From contig CAWBOS010000010.1 of NCBI GenBank assembly GCA_963790475.1, positions 1,280,001 to 1,344,000 of the forward strand: a DNA stretch of 64,000 nucleotides, read 5' to 3'. Source of the DNA: an uncultured delta proteobacterium (lineage in GTDB: Bacteria > Desulfobacterota > RBG-13-43-22). Below are positions 52,429 to 62,169 of this stretch, one piece after another. Within the stretch, counting starts at the first letter, position 1. Each line of letters starts with the position of its first letter. Under the pieces are notes generated by a model. It was not told the origin of the DNA. It searched no databases and saw nothing but the letters and a program-made list of their open reading frames with translations. A program made the position numbers and the translations under genes.

Positions 52429-55400
52429 ATGGAATGTCCTAAATGCCAGGCTGAGAATCCGGAAACTAAAAAGTTTTGCAGCCAGTGCGGGACAAAACTT
52501 TTAAAGGTCTGCCCTCAGTGTGGCGCTGAAATTCTTCCAAACGATAGATTTTGCGGCGAGTGCGGACAGGCCTTGTCTGCACACCGGGAATCACACCCGC
52601 CAAAAAGCTTTCCGGAGAAATGGCCCCAGCCCTACCCCTTTCCCTTGCCCAAAGAATTATCCGAGAAGATCCTGGCCCAGAAGGGCCGGATCGAAGGGGA
52701 GCGCCGGCAGGTCACGGTCATGTTCTGCGACCTGGAGGGCTCCACCGCCCTGACCGAGAAGCTTGGGGACGAAAGGGCCTTTTCACTCATCGATGAAATC
52801 TTCGATATCTTAACCCAGCAGGTCCATAAGTTTGAGGGGACGGTCCAGGAGTTCCGTGGAGACGGTATTATGGCCCTTTTCGGCGCCCCCATTGCCCTGG
52901 GAAATGCCGCCCAGCGGGCTATTCGCTCGGCCCTGGCCATCCACCAGGAAGTGACCAAATTCAGCCACCAGGTTCAAGAAGGAGTCCGGGGAGCGGGGAT
53001 TCGCATGCGGATCGGCATTCATACGGGCCCGGTCGTCCTGGGCACCATCGGCAGCGACCTGCGTCTTGAATTCCAGGTCATCGGCGATACGGTCAATCTC
53101 GCGGCCCGGATGGAAAGCCTGGCCGAGCCGGGAAGCACCTATGTGACCAGCGATACCTTTAAGCTCACCGAGGGGTTCTTTCGCTTTGAAGGCCTGGGGG
53201 AAAAGGTGGTCAAAGGGAAAGGGACGCCGATCCGTGTTTATCGGGTGATCGCTCCCAGCAGCCAAAGTACGCGGTTCGATGTCAGCGCCGAGCAGGGCCT
53301 CACCCCATTCGTGGGCCGCCAGCGGGAGCTGGAACTCCTTCTCGACGGCTATGAACGAGCCAAGTCCGGCAAAGGCCAGGCCTTTTCCCTCATATCGGAG
53401 GCCGGGGTGGGGAAATCCAGGCTGCTTTATGAATTCCGGAAGGCAGTGGGCAACGAAGAGATCACCTTTCTGGAGGGCCGCTGTCTTTCTTACGGCAGGG
53501 ATGTCCCCTACCATCCCTTCATCAGCGTCCTGAAAGCCAACTTTGAGATTAAGGAAGGGGAAATCGATTCAGAAATCAGGCGGAAAGTCGAGCGAGGGCT
53601 GGACCTGATCGGATTGGATCGAGGCTCCAGCCTGCCCTATTTCCTGGAGCTATTATCCGTCAAGGACAGCGGCATCGAACAAATCTCCCTCAGCCCCGAG
53701 GGGAAAAAGGACCGGCTTCAGGAGGCCTTCCGGCGGATCATCCTCAAGGGTTCCCAGGTACGTCCCCTGGTTATTGCCATTGAGGACTTGCAACGGATGG
53801 ACAAAAGCTCCGAGGAGGCCTTGAAGTATATATCGGAAAGCATCCCGGGATCGAGGATTCTTTCCATCTTCACCTACCGTCCGGAATTCATTCCTTCCTG
53901 GGGAGGCAAGTCCTTCCACAGCCAGTTGACCTTGCAGCGTCTTTCCAACCGGGAGACCCTGGATATGGCCGCCCATCTCCTGGGCACTAAAGAAATAGAA
54001 AGGTCCCTGGAGGAGCTGCTTTTAGAGAAGACCGAAGGGATTCCCTTTTTCCTGGAGGAATTTATCCATTCCTTGAAGGACCTGAAAATCATCGAGCGAA
54101 GAGGCCTGGCCTTTGGCTTATCAAAAAGTATCCTGGAAAAAATGGCCGTCCCCACCACCATCCAGGAAGTGATCCTGGCCAGGGTGGACCCCTTGCCCGC
54201 CAGGGCCAAAGAAGTGCTTCAAGCCGGGTCGGTTATCGAGCGGGAGTTCGACTTCCGGCTGATCAAACAAGCCACCGGATTCCCGGAACCGGAGTTGCTT
54301 TCCAACCTTTCCCTTTTAAAGGACGCCGAGCTTTTATATGAACGGGGCATCTATCCCCAGTCGAGCTACATCTTCAAACATGCCCTGCCCCGCGAGGTGG
54401 TTTATGATTCCATCTTGTCCGACCGTAAGAAGAGACTCCACGAAGAAATCGGCCGGGCCTTGGAAACCCTATACCGGGACCGCTTAGGGGAATATTACGG
54501 GGTCCTTTCCGAGCACTTCATAAAAAGCGGCCGTTATGAAAAAGGGGGAGAATATGCCAAATGGGCGGCCAAAAAAGCCGAGAAAACCGTTTCCCTAAAC
54601 GATGCCATTTCCTACATGAAATATCCTGCCTGGAAAAACTGCCCCCATCCGAAGAGAATGAAAAAGAAGAGATCGACGCCCGAACCATCATGGGGACTTA
54701 CATTTTACAAATGAATTATCCGGTCCGGGCCAAAGAGGCCATTGACCCGATCATTGATCGGGCCTTGAAGCTTAACTATAAACGCCGGCTCCCGCTGATA
54801 TATGGCATATTAGGGCAACATTCGCTTGAGGTTGAAGAAGACTTCCCCGCGACCTTCCATCATCTTGAACAGGCCTTAAAGATTTCCGAAGAGACCCATG
54901 ATATTCTTTCCCTGTTTGTCACCAATTATAGCCTGGGTTTCTCGCTGCTGTGCGATTGTGCTTTTGAAAAGGCCTCTCATCACTTTGAAAAAGGCCTGGA
55001 AATAAACCAAGCGGCCAATAATCTTTGGGGCATATCAGCTATGAAATCTTTTTTGACCCTTATCCAGCTTTATCGAGGCCAAATCGATCTTGGCCACCAG
55101 CTCAGTGCGGAGGCCCTTCATTTGGCCGAAGATAGCGGCGATATCTACTCCAAAGGGATTGCCTATACCGCCCATGGTGTTTCTTGTTATTGCAAAGGAT
55201 TTCTTGCTGAGGCGGAAAACCACTTATTAAAAGGAAATGATTTTTGCGAAAGGATCCATTTTTTCGCCTGGAACCTCGTGGCCCAATATCATTTAGGTGA
55301 GCTGTATCACTTTCTCGGAAAATATGAAAAGGCCGTCGGCTGTTTTGAAAAAGGGGTTTCTTGTTTGGAAGAGGCTCGTTTCGGTCCCTCAAGAAAAAAT

Positions 55401-55790
55401 ATAAATAGAATGGGAATTGCCAGGGCCAGGGTTTTGATCGATCGAGGAGATATTAATTTAGGACTCCTGTATGGGTATATCCGGGAGAATAAGCTGAAAG
55501 AGCTCGACGGTCGAATGCGAAGATTCATGGCTGAGATTTTATTGCATCTCGATGATGATCACATGGACGAGGCCGAGTCCTGGATCAATCAGGCTATAGA
55601 AGCCGATCAGCGGAATCAAATGAGGTGGTGTTTGGCCTGGGATTATCTTTCCCATTCCGACCTCTTGAAGAAAAAAGGCGACCGGTTTAAGGCCACGGAG
55701 ATCCTGGGCCGGGCCATAGAAACTTTTAAAAACTGCGGCGCTGATGGGTGGGTGCAAGAGACTGAACAGAAGTTGGCCCTTATTTCATGA
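52429..55790 (+). pseudogene. Zinc ribbon - cyclase - STAND ATPase - TPR (copy 3), frameshift near 54620
   Basis: ORF 52429-54714 plus ORF 54561-55790; alignment to copy 2 (AINQSKKRIACLEKL vs AISYM-aa-ISCLEKL) implies a 7-nt deletion. Confidence 0.88.
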
Positions 55791-55849
55791 CAGTGAATTC
55801 CTAATAATCAATTCTTGATGAGACAGGTTACGAAAGCGAAATGGCTGAA

Positions 55850-56194
55850 CTAATCCGACTGCTGTCTGGCCTCATGGTCGAGCGCTTCAATCATCCAGGT
55901 GTTGATGCTCTTTCCAGAGGCGTCGGCCAAGGCGATAATCCGCTCATGCAAATCCGGAGAAATTCGCAAATTGAACCGCCCGGTGAACTTCCGACGCGGA
56001 TTCACCCCGTCCTCTACGCACATTTTCAGGAAAACCTTGAGGGATTTCCTTCCCTCTTTGCGGAGCCCTTCGACCGAAGAGGCATAAAAGTCAGCACCCC
56101 CATTCAGGCCGACAAACTCCCCCCGAAACATACCGATATCAGGGTCATACTTGATGACCGCTTTGTATCCTTCAATTTCCATAACACTGATCAT
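55850..56194 (-). CDS. hicB: HicB family antitoxin
   Basis: GYKAVIKYDPD..FRGEFVGLNGGADFYA, GRFNLRISPDLH..GKSINTW. Confidence 0.92.
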   Translation of the reverse strand: MISVMEIEGYKAVIKYDPDIGMFRGEFVGLNGGADFYASSVEGLRKEGRKSLKVFLKMCVEDGVNPRRKFTGRFNLRISPDLHERIIALADASGKSINTWMIEALDHEARQQSD

Positions 56195-56445
56195 GGCTTC
56201 ACCCCGTGTTGTTCAAACCACTTGCGGATGCTTTCTACGCAGCCCTTATCCGTATCCGGAGATGGATGCGGACGATGGAACACCCGACGCTCGCCGAAAA
56301 GCCGAACTCCGACGCGTGAGCCTTCATGCTCGGTCATTTCGGCCCCCAATTCACGAAATAACGCCAGGATGTCAGACCATTTAATGCCTCCGCTCGTGGG
56401 ACGACTGAAAATTATTTCCAACGTTGAATGGTGCCTGCGTTTCAT
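56191..56445 (-). CDS. hicA: HicA family toxin
   Basis: IKWSDI.ALF..LGA....EGSRV....VFHRPHP; ATGA overlap with hicB; likely start MKRRHH at 56445. Confidence 0.92.
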   Translation of the reverse strand: MKRRHHSTLEIIFSRPTSGGIKWSDILALFRELGAEMTEHEGSRVGVRLFGERRVFHRPHPSPDTDKGCVESIRKWFEQHGVKP

Positions 56446-56453
56446 GAAAATAT

Positions 56454-56482
56454 ATGGTGCCAATTATTAGTGCCATTGTCAA
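56454..56482 (-). promoter_or_regulatory. hicAB promoter/operator candidate
   Basis: Minus strand TTGACA-N17-CACCAT with TGGCAC repeated twice; ends 8 nt before the ATG. Confidence 0.45.
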
Positions 56483-56517
56483 TAGAAATTGTTTCGAGGA
56501 ATAAATAGGATAACGCC

Positions 56518-56758
56518 TTTAGCGTTTGAAAAGAGGTTTTTTATTCACCGCGAAGACACAAAGGACGCAAAGAGAATCATTTTTATTCAATCCCGTGAGA
56601 GGCGGGATTGAATGAACCAGCTCTGGCCTCCGGCCAAAAAATTACCTTGAGGGTAGCGAAGGTTATTCATTGCCGGCCCCTCACCGGCAATCAATAAAAA
56701 ATTCTCTTCATGGCGCCCTCCGCGTCTGCGGTGGAAACATATATTTCAAAAAGCTAAA
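56518..56758. repeat. Structured twin-hairpin repeat, copy A
   Basis: TTCACCGC..GCGGTGGAA ends; hairpins with loops TGAGAGG (56596-56602) and CCCCTCA (56677-56683). Confidence 0.7.
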
Positions 56759-56891
56759 CTGAGACTAAATATGATTATAAACATAAAACACGGAAGCAAA
56801 TGGATTTCCAAAGATTTATCACGATATCCCCCCGGAAGACGGCTAGGCCCCGTCCGGAAGTTACCCGGAAGAGGTAGTCCCTAACCGGGCA

Positions 56892-57000
56892 GTTGACTTC
56901 GAAAAATTCGCCAAAGCCCAATTTCGTCATTCCGGGCATGACCCGGAATCCAGGAATTTAATTTTTTCCTGGACCCCGGCTTTCGCCGGGGAGACGGTTA
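56892..57000. repeat. MITE/REP-like element (GTCATTCCGG..CCGGAATCCAG..CTGGACCCCGGCTTTCGCCGGGG)
   Basis: Same core as 27971-28104 and 62170-62310. Confidence 0.7.
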
Positions 57001-57025
57001 AAGGGGGTCTTTTGGTCTAAGAAAG

Positions 57026-57045
57026 ATCGACAAAACTTTGTCGAT
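57026..57045. promoter_or_regulatory. Palindrome upstream of the kinase-STAND gene (possible operator)
   Basis: ATCGACAAA-AC-TTTGTCGAT. Confidence 0.35.
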
Positions 57046-57090
57046 GTTCAGGCACTAAGCGCCTAACACCTTCGGTGAGGAGGAGTTAAA

Positions 57091-60000
57091 ATGAATTGTC
57101 CGATGTGCGGGCTTGATAATCGAGAAGGGGTAAAGTTCTGCGAGGAATGCGGGGCCAAGATGGAGCTGACGTGTCCCGGTTGCGGGTCAATAATCCCATC
57201 AGGCAAAAAATTCTGTGGCGGGTGCGGCCGGTCCCTGATCTCGACTCAACCCCCAACTCCGGTTGCATCCGCACCACCTTCCTCTCCCCCACCCGCTTCC
57301 TTCGCCAATGGCCGCTACGCGGTCAAGAAGTTTCTGGGAGAAGGGGGCAAGAAGAAGGTTTATCTGGTCCATGACAGTTTGCTGGACCGGGATGTGGCCT
57401 TTGCCCTGATTAAGACTGAGAAGCTGGATGCCGCCAGCCGGCAGCGCATCAGCCGGGAGGCCCAGGCCATGGGAAGATTGGGCGACCATCCCAACATCGT
57501 CGGAATCTATGATATGGGGGAAGAAAAAGGCCAGCCCTATGTAGTCCTGCCCCTCCTGCCGGGGGGAGATGTAGAAGGTTTGATGGAGAAGGCCCCGGAG
57601 CGGCGGCTGCCCATCGAAAGATCCATCGATATTGCCAAGGCCGTCTGCCGGGGCCTGGAATATGCCCACAGCAAAGGGGTGATTCACCGGGACATCAAGC
57701 CGGGTAATGTCTGGCTGAACGCCGATGGTATCGCCCAGATCGGCGACTTCGGACTGGCCCTGGCCCTCGACCTTTCCCGCCTTACGAATGAAGGGATGAT
57801 GGTCGGTACCTATTATTATATGCCTCCGGAACAGGCCATGGGCGGTGAGGTTTCTCCCCAGGCCGACTTGTATTCCTTAGGGGCTATGCTCTACGAGATG
57901 GTTGCCGGCCGGCCGCCCTTCACCGGTGATGACACAGTGGCCATTATCGGCCAGCATATCAATACCCCGCCCGTTTCTCCTTCCTGGCACCGTCCCGAAC
58001 TGTCCCCTGCTTTGTCTGCTCTGATCATGCGGCTTTTGGAAAAAGATCCCCACCATCGCCCTGCCTCAGCCGGAGAAGTCCTCAAGGCCCTGGAGGTCAT
58101 TGAGACCGGCAATGCGGAAAAAGTCACCTCCAGGGAAGAAGCAGTCCTGACTGAGAACCCCCTATATAGGCGGGTATTCGTCGGCCGGGAGCCGGAACTC
58201 CGGCAACTGCAATCGGCCTTTGATCTGGCCGCCTCCGGCCAGGGCTCTCTGATGATGGTGGTGGGGGAACCGGGTATCGGCAAGACATCACTCAGCGAAC
58301 AATTGGCCACCTATGCCACCCTTCGAGGCGGCCAGGCCTTAGTGGGACACTGCTACGAAGAAGGCTCCCTGTCTCTGCCTTATCTCGCTTTTGTGGAGGC
58401 CTTGCGCTCTTATGCCGGAACTCGAGACATCAGTGAGCTTCAAAAAGAACTGGGTCCGTGGGCGGCCGATGTGGCCCGAATTGTCTCCGAGGTCCGGGAG
58501 AGGCTGAGCATTCCACCCCGGCTCAAGGGTGACCCCGAGGAAGAAAGGTACCGGCTGATGCAGGCCGTCTCCGACTTCCTGGGAAATGTCGCAGCAAACA
58601 AGCCCCTGGTGATCGTGCTGGAAGACCTGCACTGCGCCGACCGCGGCACATTAGAAATGCTGGGCCATGTGGCCCGCAATCTGGGTAATAAAAGACTTCT
58701 CCTGGTGGGCACCTACCGGGATATCGAGGTGGACCGGACTCATCCCCTCTCCTCTTCCCTGGCCGACTTAAGACGTCTGCCCACTTTCAGCCGCGTACTG
58801 CTTAGAGGACTCAATGCCGATGAGGTACGACGGATGCTGGCCGGAATTGCCGGGCAGGAGGTGCCCTGGGGTCTGGCCCAGGTTGTGCACCGCCAGACCG
58901 AGGGCAATCCCCTTTTTGTCCAGGAAGTGATTCGTTATTTAGCCGAAGAAGGGGTCTTCGTCCGGGACAAAGGACGCTGGCAGCCGGCCAAAGATACGCC
59001 GGTGGAAATGCGCATACCCGACGGGTTGAGGGATGTAATCGGCAAGCGTCTTTCATCCCTGAGCGAGACCTGCAACCGGCTGCTCTCCACCGCCGCAGTC
59101 ATCGGCCGGGACTTTCGTTTGGAGGTCCTCCAGAGGGTAGCCGGACTGTCCGATGAGGACCTGTTCAAGGCCCTGGAGGAGGCCAGAAAAGCAGCCGTGA
59201 TCGAAGAACGGACCGGCACCGGGGCTGTGGTCAACTACCGATTTGCCCACGCCTTCTTCCGCCAGACCCTCTATGAAGAGATCATCGCCCCCCGGCGCAT
59301 CCGCCTCCACCAGCAGGTGGCCAGGGCACTGGAGGAGGTCTACAAAAACCGGCTGGCAGAGCATGCTGCGGAGTTAGCCGAGCACTTCTCCTATTCATCC
59401 GATTCAGAGGACCTTAAAAAAGCAATCAGTTATTCTGAAATGGCGGCCGAGAGGGCGACCTCAGTCTTTGACTACGGGGAAGCGGTCAGACTTCTGGAGA
59501 AAGCGCTTCAGGTGCAGGAAGTTTTAGATCCCGAGGACAAAATCAGAATGTGTGATCTTTTACTCTCCCTGGGGGATACCTTGACCATGGCCGGTAATCC
59601 CAGGAGGGCACTCGATCACGAGTTTGAAAAGGCCTTTCATTTAGCGGAAGATGCAGGCAGCAGGCATCGTGCCGCCAAGGCAGCGGTGCTGTCCATGACT
59701 GCTTTGAGGTTTTATGGCTGGGGTTTCGCTGAGAGTTCGCCCGAAATGGTGAAATGGGTTGAACGCGCCGATCGATATGCTAAGCCGGGTTCGGCGGAAC
59801 GGGTAAAAGCCGATATCGGCTTGGGAACGGTTAAAATGTACAGTCAGTATAACGAGCCCTTTGAATCCTGGGTATCATACTTTGACCGGGCACTCGAATT
59901 ATCCCGTGAATTAAAAGATCCCGGGACTTTCTGGGAAACTGCAGGGGATTATCTGTTTTGGGTTTGGTCTCCTGATCATGCCGAAAAGCAATTAGAACTG

Positions 60001-60912
60001 GCTGAAGAAATATTGCTGAAATCACATGCAGGAGTAAATATCAGAGGACTTGTCTATGCTATGGGATATGCCGCCAATGTTTTTTTGGCCCGGGCCCATT
60101 ATGAAAAAATGAAAGAGATAATAAATATTATACAAAAAATTACAGACCAATCCAATCAAATACACAATAAAATAGGTTTTCTGGTTTGGGAAATTATTTT
60201 GAAACTATTGGATGGCGAGTTATCGCCAGCCGTTCAAAAATGCCATGAGCTGGCCGAATTGGGGGAAAAGGAGTCTTTAGTAGAGTTTGTTGATGTCGCC
60301 ATGATTTCGTTTCTGCCCAGGCCTCTCCAATACTTAGGGATAAGCAGTGATGTTTTAAATAAGTCCAGGTCTCGCATCCAGGATCCCTCTATACATGGAA
60401 CAATCTTCTCATTCCTGCATAATAATCAACTTGATAAAGCCCTGGAGCTTATTGACTGGTTGATTGAATTAAGAATGAAAAGAGGAGCCTCTCAAGATGA
60501 AACGTTGAGTTATCCCGATGTGTTTCTACTTGAAGCCTGTATACGATTAAACCATACCAAGGCCATCCAATTTTTATATGACCGCCTCAAGACCTGCCCG
60601 CATGTCACCAGCGCTGTCTGGTCAACGACATGCACGGCCCTTCCCCTGGGAAGGGCCGCGGAATTACTGGGCCATCCGGATGAAGCACTATCTCATTACA
60701 GAGACGCCTTGAAAGTGGCTATTTCACTCAGATATCGGCCGGAAATTGCCATTGCCCGCTATGAGATTGCCCGGCTGTTACTGGAAAAATATCCTGAAGA
60801 GAAAAAAACAGCCTTGGAGCATCTGGATTTTGCTATCGGCGAATTCCGGGAGATGAAAATGCAGCCATTCCTGGAAAGAGCACTGAGGCACAAGGAGATC
60901 CTTAAGGCGTAG
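57091..60912 (+). CDS. Double zinc ribbon - Ser/Thr kinase - AAA_16 STAND ATPase - TPR-like protein
   Basis: Four CxxC; GEGGKKKVY, HPNIV, HRDIKPGN, DFGLA, GTYYYMPPEQ, DLYSLG; FVGR, GEPGIGKT, LEDLH, EGNPLFV, FAHAF; GAGGAGG RBS. Confidence 0.92.
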   Translation: MNCPMCGLDNREGVKFCEECGAKMELTCPGCGSIIPSGKKFCGGCGRSLISTQPPTPVASAPPSSPPPASFANGRYAVKKFLGEGGKKKVYLVHDSLLDRDVAFALIKTEKLDAASRQRISREAQAMGRLGDHPNIVGIYDMGEEKGQPYVVLPLLPGGDVEGLMEKAPERRLPIERSIDIAKAVCRGLEYAHSKGVIHRDIKPGNVWLNADGIAQIGDFGLALALDLSRLTNEGMMVGTYYYMPPEQAMGGEVSPQADLYSLGAMLYEMVAGRPPFTGDDTVAIIGQHINTPPVSPSWHRPELSPALSALIMRLLEKDPHHRPASAGEVLKALEVIETGNAEKVTSREEAVLTENPLYRRVFVGREPELRQLQSAFDLAASGQGSLMMVVGEPGIGKTSLSEQLATYATLRGGQALVGHCYEEGSLSLPYLAFVEALRSYAGTRDISELQKELGPWAADVARIVSEVRERLSIPPRLKGDPEEERYRLMQAVSDFLGNVAANKPLVIVLEDLHCADRGTLEMLGHVARNLGNKRLLLVGTYRDIEVDRTHPLSSSLADLRRLPTFSRVLLRGLNADEVRRMLAGIAGQEVPWGLAQVVHRQTEGNPLFVQEVIRYLAEEGVFVRDKGRWQPAKDTPVEMRIPDGLRDVIGKRLSSLSETCNRLLSTAAVIGRDFRLEVLQRVAGLSDEDLFKALEEARKAAVIEERTGTGAVVNYRFAHAFFRQTLYEEIIAPRRIRLHQQVARALEEVYKNRLAEHAAELAEHFSYSSDSEDLKKAISYSEMAAERATSVFDYGEAVRLLEKALQVQEVLDPEDKIRMCDLLLSLGDTLTMAGNPRRALDHEFEKAFHLAEDAGSRHRAAKAAVLSMTALRFYGWGFAESSPEMVKWVERADRYAKPGSAERVKADIGLGTVKMYSQYNEPFESWVSYFDRALELSRELKDPGTFWETAGDYLFWVWSPDHAEKQLELAEEILLKSHAGVNIRGLVYAMGYAANVFLARAHYEKMKEIINIIQKITDQSNQIHNKIGFLVWEIILKLLDGELSPAVQKCHELAELGEKESLVEFVDVAMISFLPRPLQYLGISSDVLNKSRSRIQDPSIHGTIFSFLHNNQLDKALELIDWLIELRMKRGASQDETLSYPDVFLLEACIRLNHTKAIQFLYDRLKTCPHVTSAVWSTTCTALPLGRAAELLGHPDEALSHYRDALKVAISLRYRPEIAIARYEIARLLLEKYPEEKKTALEHLDFAIGEFREMKMQPFLERALRHKEILKA

Positions 60913-60945
60913 GTTGGATATTGGACGATTCGAAATGGGAATAAA

Positions 60946-61164
60946 TCAGGCGGCCAGGTTTGGAGAAGATGAATATTTTATAGGCAGAAGTCTATCAAGA
61001 GAAACGTGTTTTGAGGCATCCATGATTTCTATCCCGACAATCTTTTCATTTTCCCCGATATCAAGAACAATGTCTTCGGAAACCCTCCGATTAATGACAT
61101 CCTGCCTTCTGTCATCAAGCCTGATATATAGAAGGTCACCCTTTTCCTTGTATATTATATCCAT
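60946..61164 (-). CDS. DUF2283 family protein (putative antitoxin)
   Basis: DLLYIRL...EDIVLDIGENEKIVGIEIMDAS; likely start MDIIYK at 61164. Confidence 0.85.
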   Translation of the reverse strand: MDIIYKEKGDLLYIRLDDRRQDVINRRVSEDIVLDIGENEKIVGIEIMDASKHVSLDRLLPIKYSSSPNLAA

Positions 61165-61165
61165 G

Positions 61166-61429
61166 CTATTCCTTCCATTGCCCGTAATAAACATACACAG
61201 TTACAGTAATAATGTTTTCATTTTCGTTAAGGGAAAAAACCTCCACGCGCTTTTGTTCATAATGCCTGCCATGACGATACCCATTAAATTCATAAACTTT
61301 GGCTTTCCCTTGCCTTTCATATTTGGCCGGAATGGGAAGACCCGAAATAATAACGTCCTTTATTTCTTCCTGGTTTGTACCCCGCTCCAAAGCACGTTCC
61401 AACGTGTGGGTATCTATCTGGATTTCCAT
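61166..61429 (-). CDS. DUF4258 family protein (putative RelE/BrnT-like toxin)
   Basis: HTLERALERG...EIKDVI..G ... IITVTVY; adjacent to DUF2283. Confidence 0.8.
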   Translation of the reverse strand: MEIQIDTHTLERALERGTNQEEIKDVIISGLPIPAKYERQGKAKVYEFNGYRHGRHYEQKRVEVFSLNENENIITVTVYVYYGQWKE

Positions 61430-61653
61430 TTATTAACTCATAATAATATCTATAGAGAAAATCACGCTGGTAGAATTTTAGAAGATTTTACCTTTAGACA
61501 GAAAGAGTATAAAACAAGAAAAAGATCGGGTCAAGGAGAAAGACAGCCCAAATAACAAGATAACAATTCGTTTACCGGGAACTTTTTAAAGAGGAAAGCC
61601 GACTAACATTAAGTACAAACGAATACTGATTAGAATAAAAAAAGGAGGAAGAT

Positions 61654-62112
61654 ATGCTCGATTTAAAATCTGAATTCATTTGTGAAGTTGTCGGGGATTT
61701 GGGGGAACCGCAACAAATCGGTCTGACACCCCATGGTGCCCGCATGATATTGCCGGTGATCGGTGGCACCGTGAAAGGACCGGAAATAAACGGGGAGGCG
61801 CTGTCCTTTGGAGCGGACTGGCTTCTCTTCCGGTCCGATGGTGTAGGCGAGGTGGACGTTCGCGTCACCATGCGCACCGACGATGGCGAACTCATTTATG
61901 CCTCTTATAGAGGAATATTGAAAGTCGATCCGGGGATTATGGCCCGTATTCAAAACGGCGAGGACATCGATCCCTCGGAGTATTATTTTCGTACCACCCC
62001 GGTATTTGAGACCGGCTCTGAAAAATACAACTGGCTGAATCAGATCGTCTGCGTCGGGGTGGGGAAAATCGAACCAAAGCGCGTGCGCTATAAAATTTAT
62101 CAGATACTTTAA
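61654..62112 (+). CDS. DUF3237 family protein
   Basis: GGTVKGP, GADW, TDDGELIY, YYFRTTPVFETGSEKYNWLN. Confidence 0.88.
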   Translation: MLDLKSEFICEVVGDLGEPQQIGLTPHGARMILPVIGGTVKGPEINGEALSFGADWLLFRSDGVGEVDVRVTMRTDDGELIYASYRGILKVDPGIMARIQNGEDIDPSEYYFRTTPVFETGSEKYNWLNQIVCVGVGKIEPKRVRYKIYQIL

Positions 62113-62169
62113 AGGAAGCCGCCTCCGGTGCAGAAGTTGACCCTCTCCTCGACGCCATTCCGGACTTGG

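Noticed and set aside
44456-53320. Near-identical repeat considered as a DGR template/variable repeat pair
   Set aside because: Differences are not adenine-specific and are mostly synonymous, both copies are coding, and no reverse transcriptase is in the window
55841-56470. 209-aa plus-strand ORF
   Set aside because: Antisense to the clear hicA/hicB pair
60914-61555. 213-aa plus-strand ORF following the kinase-STAND gene
   Set aside because: Antisense to the DUF4258/DUF2283 pair, with no recognisable motifs
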